Source of the DNA: Adineta vaga | Lineage: Eukaryota > Animalia > Rotifera | DNA: 64,000 nucleotides | NCBI GenBank assembly: GCA_021613535.1 | Contig: CP075495.1 | Span: 14,012,001-14,076,000 of the forward strand | Direction: 5' to 3' | Shown: one piece after another, positions 14,121 through 25,893 of the stretch | Position numbering within the stretch: position 1 is the stretch's first letter | Layout of the letters: every line of letters begins with the position of its first letter | Notes under the pieces: model-generated | Database searches by the model: none | What the model was told of the DNA's origin: nothing | Seen by the model: the letters and a program-made list of their open reading frames with translations, nothing else | Translations under genes and position numbers: made by a program

Positions 14121-15705
14121 TTATGTACGTTTTGTTTTTCGTCTTGTTGATTGAATTAAATGATCTTTTGATGAGGTTTGTTGAACTTGATTCGAATCAT
14201 AAATACTATCATCAAATGGTTGTTCACCTGTTGAAAGTAATAATGCAGAAGAGAGAGGATTTCGATGAGATACTCGATCTGAATGATGTCTTTTGGAACT
14301 CATTGGTGTTGGAATAAGTTTTGTCATTTGTAAGAACAATGAATTCGGTTTTTGAGAAATTTTTTTCTTATTTTGAATAGAATTATTTTCATTTGTTAAA
14401 GTTAAAGTATGATATTTACGAAATGCTGATGCTAATGTTCTTGGATGATTTGAAAGATCCTAAACATTAGGAAAAAAACAAAGAAGTTAAAAAATTATTG
14501 AATATTAAATTTCATTTTCATACTTGAAGAGAAGCAACAAGATGAAATCGATGTCGACTTTGATATGGTACTGATTTCTCATCCGTATGTTTTCGACGTA
14601 ATTTTCCTGTTGATTTCCAGTATTGAAAAAATGCTGTCCAATCAACTGTTGATACTAATTGAATATCAAATTGAAAATTCTCTCGATAATGTGAACGTGC
14701 TTGATCAATATAGGATTCCAATGTTTGTGAAATAGTTGATCCATAAATGGCATCGAAAATATCATTTAGATTCGTTGCATATCGACATGGAACATGACTA
14801 TCTAGATTCCATTCGACAACAAGTCCTTCTTGTGTTAAACCAACTAGAACATCATGTGAATGTTGACGAACAAATTGAAAATATTGACAAAGAAAATTTT
14901 GTGGAACGGGACCACGAAGAAGTCGAATACAATTATTTTTATTTCTATTATCATTATAAAGTGTAACGTGTTTGATTAATTGACCAATATTTGGTGTTTG
15001 AGTTGAATGAACATAGATTTCCGGTTGATGTTGTTGTTGTTCAATTGAAGTTGATATAAGAGAAAAACGGCCATTTTGATCGGTTTTTATAAAAACTTTA
15101 TAACCATCTTCATCATGACATTCAAGATAATCATTTGGAATTCGATGACCATCACTCGTTGAAACAGATGAACGATGAACACATTCTGCTCGAAAAATAG
15201 AACCTTGAGGATATTCTTTATTTGACCATTGCGATGAAGAATTTGATTCTTGAAAATAACCTAAAACACGATCTCGTGACATAAAAACGATCGACGATAT
15301 AGCCGTTGTTGTTGTAAATGCAATCAATTGTTCAAGATTTGTAAAAATTCGTGCAATACGTTGTCCATTACGAATAAATTCAAATAAACCTTTGAATAAA
15401 TCCGTCATAGCAAATGTACAATGTTCTGGATAAATATCAAATTGATCCGATTGATTTTCATATTGTTTCAATGGTGTTAGTAAAAGTTTATTGGAAACAT
15501 TTCGATCAAAGAAAAATATCGTTCGATAATTATCTTCATTATTATTATCATCATTGGGATTGAAAAACGAGATCACTAATGGTAATTGATGAGCTGTTCG
15601 TTTAAGAATATGTTTCAATGAGCTGTATGTATCACTCCATATACATCGAGATATAATCTCTTGTCGAAAACGAATCGTTTCATTTGTATTAAATATTCTG
15701 CTCAT
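14121..15705 (-). CDS. CABIT-domain protein (GAREM/Themis/Serrano-like); 2 exons
   Basis: WSDTYSSLKHIL...LPLVI, FKGLFEF...IFTNLEQL and YLECHDEDG...GRFS follow the CABIT pattern; intron ~14460-14523. Confidence 0.55.
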
Positions 15706-16475
15706 TTTGTTTTCGAACGGTAAATATTTGAGTATGTTATGTTAGCAACACATATGCCTATTTCTGTACTCCACGCTTGATCGAACGACGGAGGATAATG
15801 ACGTAAATATCGATTAGTAGTCGTGTAGTATTGAGAAAAAGAAAAAAGAAAAAAGTCAGGAAGTGTCTGTGAGATATTAAAGTACAATTTTTTTTCTAAG
15901 CAACTCGATTTATAAATGAAATTGAGAGGCTGATACAACATCAGCGTAATTGTTTATTCAAGGAATACTAAAAATATAAAACATATCACGCAACTATCTA
16001 TGTCGTATATAAAACGTCTATTTGGATCATTTGTATGTCAAATAAAACTACAGAATACGTAAAAAAACAACCAAGAACAACTAGTGCGTAATTGATGTTC
16101 TTGCCTTTTGATACTCTCTTTTTTTAACGTTAATGTTTTTTTTCTTCTTACTTGATATGATCATATTCGAGTCTTAATATTAGAAATTATGTTTTCTTTT
16201 TGAAAAGAAATTCTTCTCATTTATCGATTGATTGAGAAAATATCACGTAAACTATTGCTGATTTTTTTTCTTCCTTAACATGCATTGAATTACGCAAGTC
16301 TTTTTTCTCTTTTTCTTTCTATTAATCATTTTTAGTTATATTCGTTCTCTTTTCTACTATAGATATTTCCTTGTTGTTTTTTTTTTTGCTTTTTCTTTCA
16401 CCGTGTCAGCAATTCTCGTTCTCAAATGGCGTCGTCATTAATCGTAGAGAAAAAGAAAAGAATAAATGCAACAAG

Positions 16476-18741
16476 ATGAAAACTGACAATTCATCGTCTT
16501 CGCGACTCAATATTATGATACCACAGTTTCAGCAATTATTACCATTAGAAGCAAATTTAACAGGTAGAATAATTTCTAAAGATAAAATAGAAACAATATC
16601 AAATAATGATTTGTTTTTTTCTTTTGCATATAGGAAGTTGGTTAAATCCTTATTTTTCTTCAGAAACATTACTAACGACAGCAAACAAACTCTTATCACC
16701 CCCGATTTCTATTACACCTACATCAATTTGCACCGGTTAGTTAAATAAACGAATAGATTCTCTGGAATGTTTTCATTGTTTTTCTCTTTCTATTTAGATT
16801 TATCTGAGAGTGAATATCAACCAATTGATCTTTCATTAACACGTAAATATTCACTTTCCTCCCCACCATTATCGAATATAAATAGTGAATCAATCGATTT
16901 AATTGATTGTACATCATTACATTCAACAATGACTCCATCGAATCATGACAAACAATTTGTTTCAACATTTAAATCAACGAAACAATGTTCAAATTTTAGT
17001 ATTGAACATATTCTATCTTCATCATTTCGATCTCCAACTTATGAATTTCTTTCCATACGATATCGACATATTCAAAGTATATTTTCCAAGAAAAAAATTC
17101 GTCATTTTTCCGATCGTTATCTTCATCAAATAATTCATCGAAAGAAAAAGAAACATTCAACTTATTCATTACAAAATTCTCATCGACCTCAGCAAATCTT
17201 TCTTAGATATATCTTAGATTTTTATAATGATTTAATTAAACAACAAAAGCAGATAACACAAGTCGAGAATTTCTATACCAATGATGCTCTGGGACAATTA
17301 GCTGAGATTGCATGTAAACTTGATCTACGTCAGAAACGATCGTTATTAAATGAGAATAGTTTAACTATTGAACATTGTACTTTATTAATCAAACAATGTG
17401 AACATATGATCAAACAAATCTATCGAAAATATCTAAATAGGAAAATTGTCAAACGAATTCGTGTCAATGAAAGAATTCTTCTAAAAAAAAGATTTCTTCA
17501 TTTTATATTATCATTATTGAATATTTTACAGACGAAAAAGAATATTCTATCAAACAAATTCAATTCGACGCATTGTCATTTATTCTTGTCAGATATCGAA
17601 AAGAAAGAAATGAAAGGTCAAATGGAAAAATCGATTTGTTTTCATCTGAAATCTGATGAAACTATCACAAATCTGGATATATTAATACCGCATAATGGCC
17701 TTATTTACGAAGCTTTTATTCAACGCATTGATAATTATGATGATTTATTACTTGTACGATTACATCATGAAAGACAATCGTATTTGATACCCATCCATGA
17801 TTTATGTCGTTTGGCATGTCCAAAAATGATACCAGAAGATTTTCATAGTCTATCGAAAGGTTTACGTGTTTGTGCATATTGGAGTACAAGCCTACGTGGT
17901 CTTCATCCTGCTATTGTAAGGAAACTACCGACAGAAATCAATGAATCATCGATGGTAGGATTAGTTTTTGATGATGGTGATACAGGATTAATTAAACTTA
18001 ATGAAATACGATTATTACCAGATGATTATGATATCAGAGGTATGTCTATAGATTCGTTATTAGATTATCTTAGTTTTTTATTTAAGGAATCTGTCTCGAC
18101 GAATGGCGTGTATCTTCCAGTCAACTTCCTACTTCTTCTTCGTCGTCGTCATCGAGTCGTCGAAGGTCTTGTCGTACTGCATCGAATGCATCTACTAGTA
18201 CAACTACGTCTCTGAAACGATTAAAATCAGCTAAAACATCTCCAATTATACTTCCTCTATGGACATTAAATTCTCGAAATTCATCTTTACGTCGTTATGA
18301 CAATAAAGAAACGATTCTAATCGGTGATTGTGTTGTTTTACATGGTGTTGATAAATCTTTATCTTATATTGGCAAGGTGCTCAAATTCTATCACAACAAA
18401 TCTATTCAACAGGATGTTGTCAAAATTCAATGGTATTACAGTCCGCACGAAACGCGAAAAGGAGTTCGAAAAACTGATCTACCCGTAAGTTTATCTTAAT
18501 GAAAATTCCTTCTTTTTCTACATTTAGTTGTTCTCTCTTATTGAAGGGTGCTCTTTATGAAAGTACACATATTGATGAAAATCCTATTGCAAGTATAAAA
18601 TACAAAGGTACTATATATGAATCGTATGATGATTATGTAAACAAAACTGATTATGGTCAACGACGAAACGAGACGGATTTTTATCTTGTTGGTCATTACA
18701 ATCCAACAACAGGTACATTAAAACGATACAATGATAAATAA
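16476..18741 (+). CDS. BAHCC1/TNRC18/winged-eye-like chromatin protein (Tudor-like + BAH)
   Basis: GLRVCAYWS...VFDDGDTG.I.LNEIRLLPDDY (family Tudor-like motif); C-terminal BAH (IGDCVVL...YIGKV...WYYSPHET...ALYESTHIDEN...YLVGHYNP). Confidence 0.85.
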
Positions 18742-19104
18742 AAGAATTATTTTATTGATTACGACAAGCAATAAGAAATTATAGAACGATATTTTGTTTT
18801 GTTTTGCCGGTGATATTGATGATTTTTAGTTGTTGATGTTGTTGTTGTTGTTCCATGATGTGTATATGTATATATATATATATATATCTAATCATTGTTT
18901 AGCAATCAAGAGACTTACTGAAGTCATAATTATACTATATAATTCATATATTTTCTGTGCTTATTATTGATGCCTTTTTTTTTCTTAAACAAGAATTAAA
19001 ATTGATGACTTATAGATGATTGAAAAATGTTTTGAATAATAAACTTGTTTTTATGATATACTATGAGTAGTATCATTCTCTAGTCTTATGTCATTTATGT
19101 TTAG

Positions 19105-19620
19105 TCAACTTTCAAAAAAGCGAAAGAAAACTAGAGAAGAATTGAATAGAAAGAGAAGAAAGGATAAACTATTAGTTAAAGATGTATGATTACAAAAATC
19201 AGTGTCACAAAAACAGAATTTTTTCACTTTTTCTCTCATTTTAACATCACGACATCCGTTTGCTGCATTCAAACCAATCATACTTGCTTTTGTTAAATCT
19301 TCACTTGTGAAACATCGTCGATCTGTATCAGGTATTTCATCAACCATTCGTATTGCTTTTTCTCGTTCAGCTTTTGTCTTTGGTTCGATAACTTCATATG
19401 ACATCCAACATTTTCCATCACATGGTTCAGCTGAATGTTGAGTAAAATCAAAATGACGTAAACAAGCGAATTTTCTTGATTCAGCAAATCTTTCTTCATC
19501 AGATTTTAATGTATCACAACGCCAGCATCGTAATGGCGTCTGACCAAATCCACCGAATTGACTATGGAGAATATTTATTTGTGTTCCAATTAGAAGGAGA
19601 AATGATACAACTATCGTCAT
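19105..19620 (-). CDS. Ly6/uPAR three-finger (quiver/sleepless-like) protein, probably GPI-anchored
   Basis: Signal peptide, LRCWRC start, 10 Cys ending CFCDTDFCN, hydrophobic tail; intronless. Confidence 0.75.
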   Translation of the reverse strand: MTIVVSFLLLIGTQINILHSQFGGFGQTPLRCWRCDTLKSDEERFAESRKFACLRHFDFTQHSAEPCDGKCWMSYEVIEPKTKAEREKAIRMVDEIPDTDRRCFTSEDLTKASMIGLNAANGCRDVKMREKVKKFCFCDTDFCNHTSLTNSLSFLLFLFNSSLVFFRFFES

Positions 19621-19901
19621 TGTAGTTTTACAACATCAAATGTATTCTAACGCTGACGACAACAAACGTTTGTTAAGGATTAATAGTCGGGCACGTCCGT
19701 AAGAAAGAAAAGAATGTTTACCTTGTGCTAAAGGAAGATATTCTTTTGTTTGAGCTAGTCAATGAATAAAATTGTATGCCTACGTTATGTCATATTCAGA
19801 AGACTTTTACGATTAGGATCAATAAGAAAAATGTCGAAAGGAAAAGAAGAAAAGAAAATTCATTTCTTTTAATTTTCCTTTTTAACTATTCGATAATTTA
19901 T

Positions 19902-21059
19902 TCAAAGAAGTATCTGTAATCCAATACCCCATTTACATTTCTGTCTCGTCCATGAATAGGAATTAAATGCTTGTAAAACAAGTGGAAAATAACGAAATTG
20001 ATGAGTTAAAGCAATACACAATTCATTTTGACTATTCACTAATGTATTTACACGTAAACCTATTGTATTCAAATACCATTGAGACATTAAACTAAATTTA
20101 ATACGTTGATGTTGATAATGATCTGTATGTTTTTCCATTAGTAAACCAATAGTGAAATTAGGTTGAATACAACGTTGAATACCAATTAAATAATGTTGAA
20201 TTGGACGATAGAGATTACATTTAAATACTAAAGAATCAGAAGAACGTTTGAATCGCAATGCAATATCTGCTAGATTTTCTTTTGAAGTTATCTAAAGTCA
20301 TAAGATATGTATTAGATGAATTATTGAATAACCTAATTGTAATACTTTAAAATCAATGCCACCGTCAATTTGAAGATTCATACGTCGCCATAAACATGAT
20401 AGGCAACGAAATTGAATACCAGATGATTGTTGTCGCGTTCCATATTCACCAATTAATTCATATATACCATCAAGACATCGATATTCGATATGTGACCAAA
20501 GTTGTTTCTGTTGTGTTTTTCTTCCAAAACGAAATGTTGTTGTCAATGATGGTGTCCAGCGATGATTGATACCAAACATGAAATTTCTATCAATTGTATG
20601 AAATTTTATCATACCATTCAGTTGATTTTGTTGTTGAAATGAATTTGTAACTGTATTTAATTCGTTTCTTCCGATTAAACTATATAATGTAAGATTATTC
20701 AAATCTAATTTATATTGTTCTAAATTTTGTTGATCTATTTGCATATTGATACCAACATTGAATTCAGGTAAATGTAATAGAGAAGCTAAATGATATGTAC
20801 TTATACCTAATGTAAATGCTGATTGATGAAATAGACCATTGATAAGATTGAAAAAATGAGTTAATTCATCATATCGATCAACTGAATTTGAATTAAGAAT
20901 TGAATGATGGCAATCAAGAGAATTTCGTATTGCACGAAGACGAAGTTCATTATCAAGTATTTGAATTGTTCTTATTTTTGGACTAATTGTATTATTAGAG
21001 TATACATTTTGTGGTCGTGATATACAACAACTATTAGAACAACAGTAATCAGAAGACAT
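19902..21059 (-). CDS. Highly divergent Tom40-like (Porin_3) beta-barrel protein; 2 exons
   Basis: Amphipathic beta-strand pattern; INHRW...HIEYRCLD and C-terminal VNSQNELCIALTHQFRYFPLVL...KCKWGIGLQI resemble Tom40 strands and beta-signal; a phase-1 intron ~20292-20332 joins the two ORFs. Confidence 0.55.
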
Positions 21060-21268
21060 TTCCTCTTCTCTATAAAAGTAAGTTTTTAATTCAAAGAAAT
21101 GGCGCGATATTAACGATTAAATCGAATTCAGATGTTTATTTCTTCTTCTTCTTCTTCGAAAGAGACAAGATTCGAAAAAAAACGAATCAATGATTACGAA
21201 CAATAAATGATAATCATTTTATTTCAAAAATTCGATGAAAAAATTATTGTTCATTATAGAATTTTTCA

Positions 21269-24200
21269 TTAAGTAGGGCAACTATTTAGATGAAAAGTGC
21301 CGTTACATAAACAAGCATATGGATATTGTGGAATGGAAGTCACGATACAATGACCAGATAAACAATTCAAAGGACATTCTATAGAATAAAAATATGGTAG
21401 ATCATTTTATGAGTAGAAACTTATTTACCAGATTGTTGATTATTTATTTCACAATTTCTACCACTGAAGTTATTCAGGCATGCACAGGTGTATGAATCGT
21501 TACCTTCGATGCACGTACCATTATTTGCACATGGTGATGAATTGCATGGACTGCTGACATTTTGATATTCATGACAAGTATATCCACTAGTATGCGGTGG
21601 ACATATACATTCAAAAGTATCATTTTTTGCCACACAGGTACCACCATTTAAACATGGTTCATATTGACATACATGGAATTCATCTAAATTTTGTTCACAA
21701 TACTTTCCTGTTGCATGAAATGGACAAATACAGCCTACGCCTTCACTTTGAATATTATAGCAGGTACCGCCATTGTGACACGGTGAGAAGCTACATAAAT
21801 TCAATGATTCACTAAGTTCACAATTATATCCGGATGTACCTGGTGGACATTCACATCGATATGTACCATTGGTAACAACGCAACTACCACCGTTAACACA
21901 TGACGAAGATGCACACGGATCGTATATAACTTCTTGTTCGCAGAAACGACCAGTTCTATCATAACCGCAATAACAGTAAAACTCACTATTATTACTTCCA
22001 GAATAACAATGGCCATTGTTCAGGCAAGGAGACGAAGCGCACGGATGAGAAGCACTATAATATTCACAGAATTTTCCTGTTCTATCTGCTTGACATAAAC
22101 ATTCAAATGTACCATTAGTAGGAATACAAGTACCGCCCGAAATACAAGGCCATGACGAACATGGATTTAGTGATAAAATTTCTTCACAATAACGTCCAGT
22201 AATATCCAAAGGACATGCACAGAACGATTCATTCCTGTATACATAACAACTACCACCATTGTAACAAGTCATATAGTCACACAGATTCGATGATGTATTA
22301 CCATAGTTTTCTTGACAATATTGACCACTTGTGGAAGATGGACAGGCACAATATGAATAGTTTCCATTTGAATAACAACTACCACCATTGTAACAGGTCA
22401 TGTAGTCACATAGATTCGATGATGAATTGCCATAGTTTTCTTGACAATATTGACCACTGGTATATGCTGGACAGATGCAAAATGAAAAGTTACCATATGC
22501 TTGACAGGTACCACCATTGTAGCAAGGAGTAAAGTCGCATGGATTCGATGATGAATTACCGTAACTGTATTCACAATAATAACCACTGGCGTGAGGTGGA
22601 CACACACAATATGAATAGTTTCCATTGGCAAAGCAGGTACCGCCGTTGTAACAGGTCATTTGATGGCAGGGATTCTGTGTTGTATTACCATAGTTGTATT
22701 CACAATAATAACCACTTGTGGAAGATGGACAGGCACAATATGAATAGTTTCCATTTGAATAACAACTACCACCATTGTAACAAGTCATAAAGTCACACAG
22801 ATTCGATGATGTATTACCATAGTTATACTCACAATGTTGACCACTTGTATATGCTGGACAGATACAATATGAAAAGTTACCATATGCTTGACAGGTGCCA
22901 CCATTGTAGCAAGGAGTAAAGTCGCATGGATTCGATGATGAATTACCGTAACTGTATTCACAATAATAACCACTGGCGTGAGGTGGACACACACAATATG
23001 AATAGTTTCCATTGGCAAAGCAGGTACCACCGTTGTAACAGGTCATGTGATTGCAAGGATTCGATGATGAATTACCATAGTTGTATTCACAATAATAACC
23101 ACTTGTGGAAGATGGACAGGCACAATATGAATAGTTTCCATTGGCAAAGCAGGTACCACCGTTGTAACAGGTCATGTGATTGCAAGGATTCGATGATGAA
23201 TTACCATAGTTATACTCACAATGTTGACCACTTGTATATGCTGGACAGATACAATGTGAAAAGTTACCATATGCTTGACAGGTGCCACCATTGTAGCAAG
23301 GAGTAAAGTCGCATGGATTCGATGATGAATTACCGTAACTGTATTCACAATAATAACCACTGGCGTGAGGTGGACACACACAATATGAATAGTTTCCATT
23401 GGCAAAGCAGGTACCACCGTTGTAACAGGTCATGTGATTGCAAGGATTCGATGATGAATTACCATAGTTATACTCACAATGTTGACCACTTGTATATGCT
23501 GGACAGATGCAAAATGAAAAGTTACCATATGCTTGACAGGTACCACCATTGTAGCAAGGAGTAAAGTCGCATGGACTCGATGATGAATTACCATAACTTT
23601 GTTCACAATAATAGCCGGTGACGTTAGGTGGACACATACAATATGAATAGTTTCCATTGGCAAAGCAGGTACCGCCGTTGTAACAGGTCATGTGATTGCA
23701 AGGATTCGATGATGAATTACCATAGTTGTATTCACAATAATAACCACTTGTGGAAGATGGACAGGCACAATATGAATAGTTTCCATTGGCAAAGCAGGTA
23801 CCACCGTTGTAACAGGTCATGTGATTGCAAGGATTCGATGATGAATTACCATAGTTATACTCACAATGTTGACCACTTGTATATGCTGGACAGATACAAT
23901 GTGAAAAGTTACCATATGCTTGACAGGTGCCACCATTGTAGCAAGGAGTAAAGTCGCATGGATTCGATGATGAATTACCGTAACTGTATTCACAATAATA
24001 ACCACTGGCGTGAGGTGGACACACACAATATGAATAGTTTCCATTGGCAAAGCAGGTACCACCGTTGTAACAGGTCATGTGATTGCAAGGATTCGATGAT
24101 GAATTACCATAGTTATACTCACAATGTTGACCACTTGTATATGCTGGACAGATACAATATGAAAAGTTACCATATGCTTGACAGGTGCCACCATTGTAGC

Positions 24201-25111
24201 AAGGAGTAAAGTCGCATGGATTCGATGATGAATTACCGTAACTGTATTCACAATAATAACCACTGGCGTGAGGTGGACACACACAATATGAATAGTTTCC
24301 ATTGGCAAAGCAGGTACCACCGTTGTAACAGGTCATGTGATTGCAAGGATTCGATGATGAATTACCATAGTTATACTCACAATGTTGACCACTTGTATAT
24401 GCTGGACAGATACAATATGAAAAGTTACCATATGCTTGACAGGTGCCACCATTGTAGCAAGGAGTAAAGTCGCATGGATTCGATGATGAATTACCGTAAC
24501 TGTATTCACAATAATAGCCGCTGGCGTGAGGTGGACACACACAATATGAATAGTTTCCATTGGCAAAGCAGGTACCACCGTTGTAACAGGTCATGTGATT
24601 GCAAGGATTCGATGATGAATTACCATAGTTGTATTCACAATAATAACCACTTGTGGAAGATGGACAGGCACAATATGAATAGTTTCCATTGGCAAAGCAG
24701 GTACCACCGTTGTAACAGGTCATGAAGTCACATGGATTAGCTAAAAGAAATAAAAGGTGTTGAAAAGGGGATGAAACAGAATTTTGAATATAGAGAGTTC
24801 ACTTGTGTTTATGGTGTCTTCTTGAGTTTGGCACATCATGCCAGTAAAACCGGGTTTACAAAGACATGTAAAACAACTAGTCGTATTGGTTGTTTGACAT
24901 ATACCGTCGTTGGCGCATGTTACATAGTCACACATGTTCACTATAACAGAGGGTTATCGAAAACTCACAAAAAGAGTGGTGTTTGGTTCAACAAACCTTG
25001 GAGATTTTGACATCCGGTATCTGTTTGACGTAAGAAGGAATGTTCATTGGCAAAAACATTCGTGAATATCAATATTACTATTACTGATAGGGAAATCAGT
25101 AAATGTTTCAT
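21269..25111 (-). CDS. Secreted EGF-array protein A (signal peptide, 27 EGF-like repeats, atypical EGF cap); exons ~25111-24997, 24940-24803, 24740-21429, 21378-21269
   Basis: MKHLLISLSVIVILIFTNVFA signal; 1100-aa ORF of 6-Cys EGF units; last exon ECPLNCLSGHC...CLCNGTFHLNSCPT; no TM segment. Confidence 0.9.
22168..24738 (-). repeat. Coding tandem repeat, 129-bp (43-aa) unit, ~20 copies, three unit types forming 258/387-bp higher-order repeats
   Basis: Near-identical DNA recurs at 129/258/387-bp periods; peptide types A (CACPSSTS), B (CVCPPHAS), C (DFTPC...CICPAYTS). Confidence 0.95.
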
Positions 25112-25893
25112 TGTTTTGAGTTTCAATCGGAATGGTTGATAGTGTGCTTAGGAGAGCCGAACTATATATATATGTAAAAGTTGATTAATAAATAAGGATT
25201 AAAAAATAATTCCGGAGTCATGCATATTGTGATTTCTCTATGAGAGTTGTTTTGAATTGATAAATATTTAATTTTCAGCACACCTGTGTTCTGTTATATC
25301 TATATTTATTTTGAAGGCTTGTGGTGTTTTTCATATATATTGTTGGATTAGGAAATCAATATATAATTGGACTGAAGTGGGAGTAACATTTAATTTTTTC
25401 GATAGAAGAAATAGATATTATTTGAATTGATCATTTGGTCACTGAAATATTGGTCACAAAAGTCTAATTTCTATTAATAGAGTTATTCGAAATAAACCAC
25501 TCATATACGCATTGAATGAAGTTTAACTATAAATTCAAAATTGAGTGGAAATTCTGTTTTTCTTTACGATATCGTCAGCATGTAATTTGTTTTTTATTCT
25601 CTGAAAAAGCACATAAAAGTTCTCTGACAGTCAATTAATTCGATTTTTTGTACAATGAATCAATTCATCATTCTCCGTTTGTTACGATAGATTACCGTCT
25701 TAAAATCAGAGTTCTCAATTATACATTTTTACCAGATAGAAAGTATTTATTTTGCATCAATAATAAAAGAACTTGTTTAAAAATTCGAAGTAGGATATAT
25801 TGAGAAAAGACATACCGTCCATATATTTCAATTAGTCAATTTTTTCTCTGACAAGACAAAGCGTGATAGTTTTGTATTAGATGAAGTGGTCAA

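Noticed and set aside
22215-24725. Many repeated 77-126 aa ORFs on the + strand and in alternate - frames
   Set aside because: Shadow ORFs of the EGF repeat
22168-24738. Regular repeats as a CRISPR array or satellite
   Set aside because: No unique spacers; the unit is 129 bp, in frame, and encodes EGF domains
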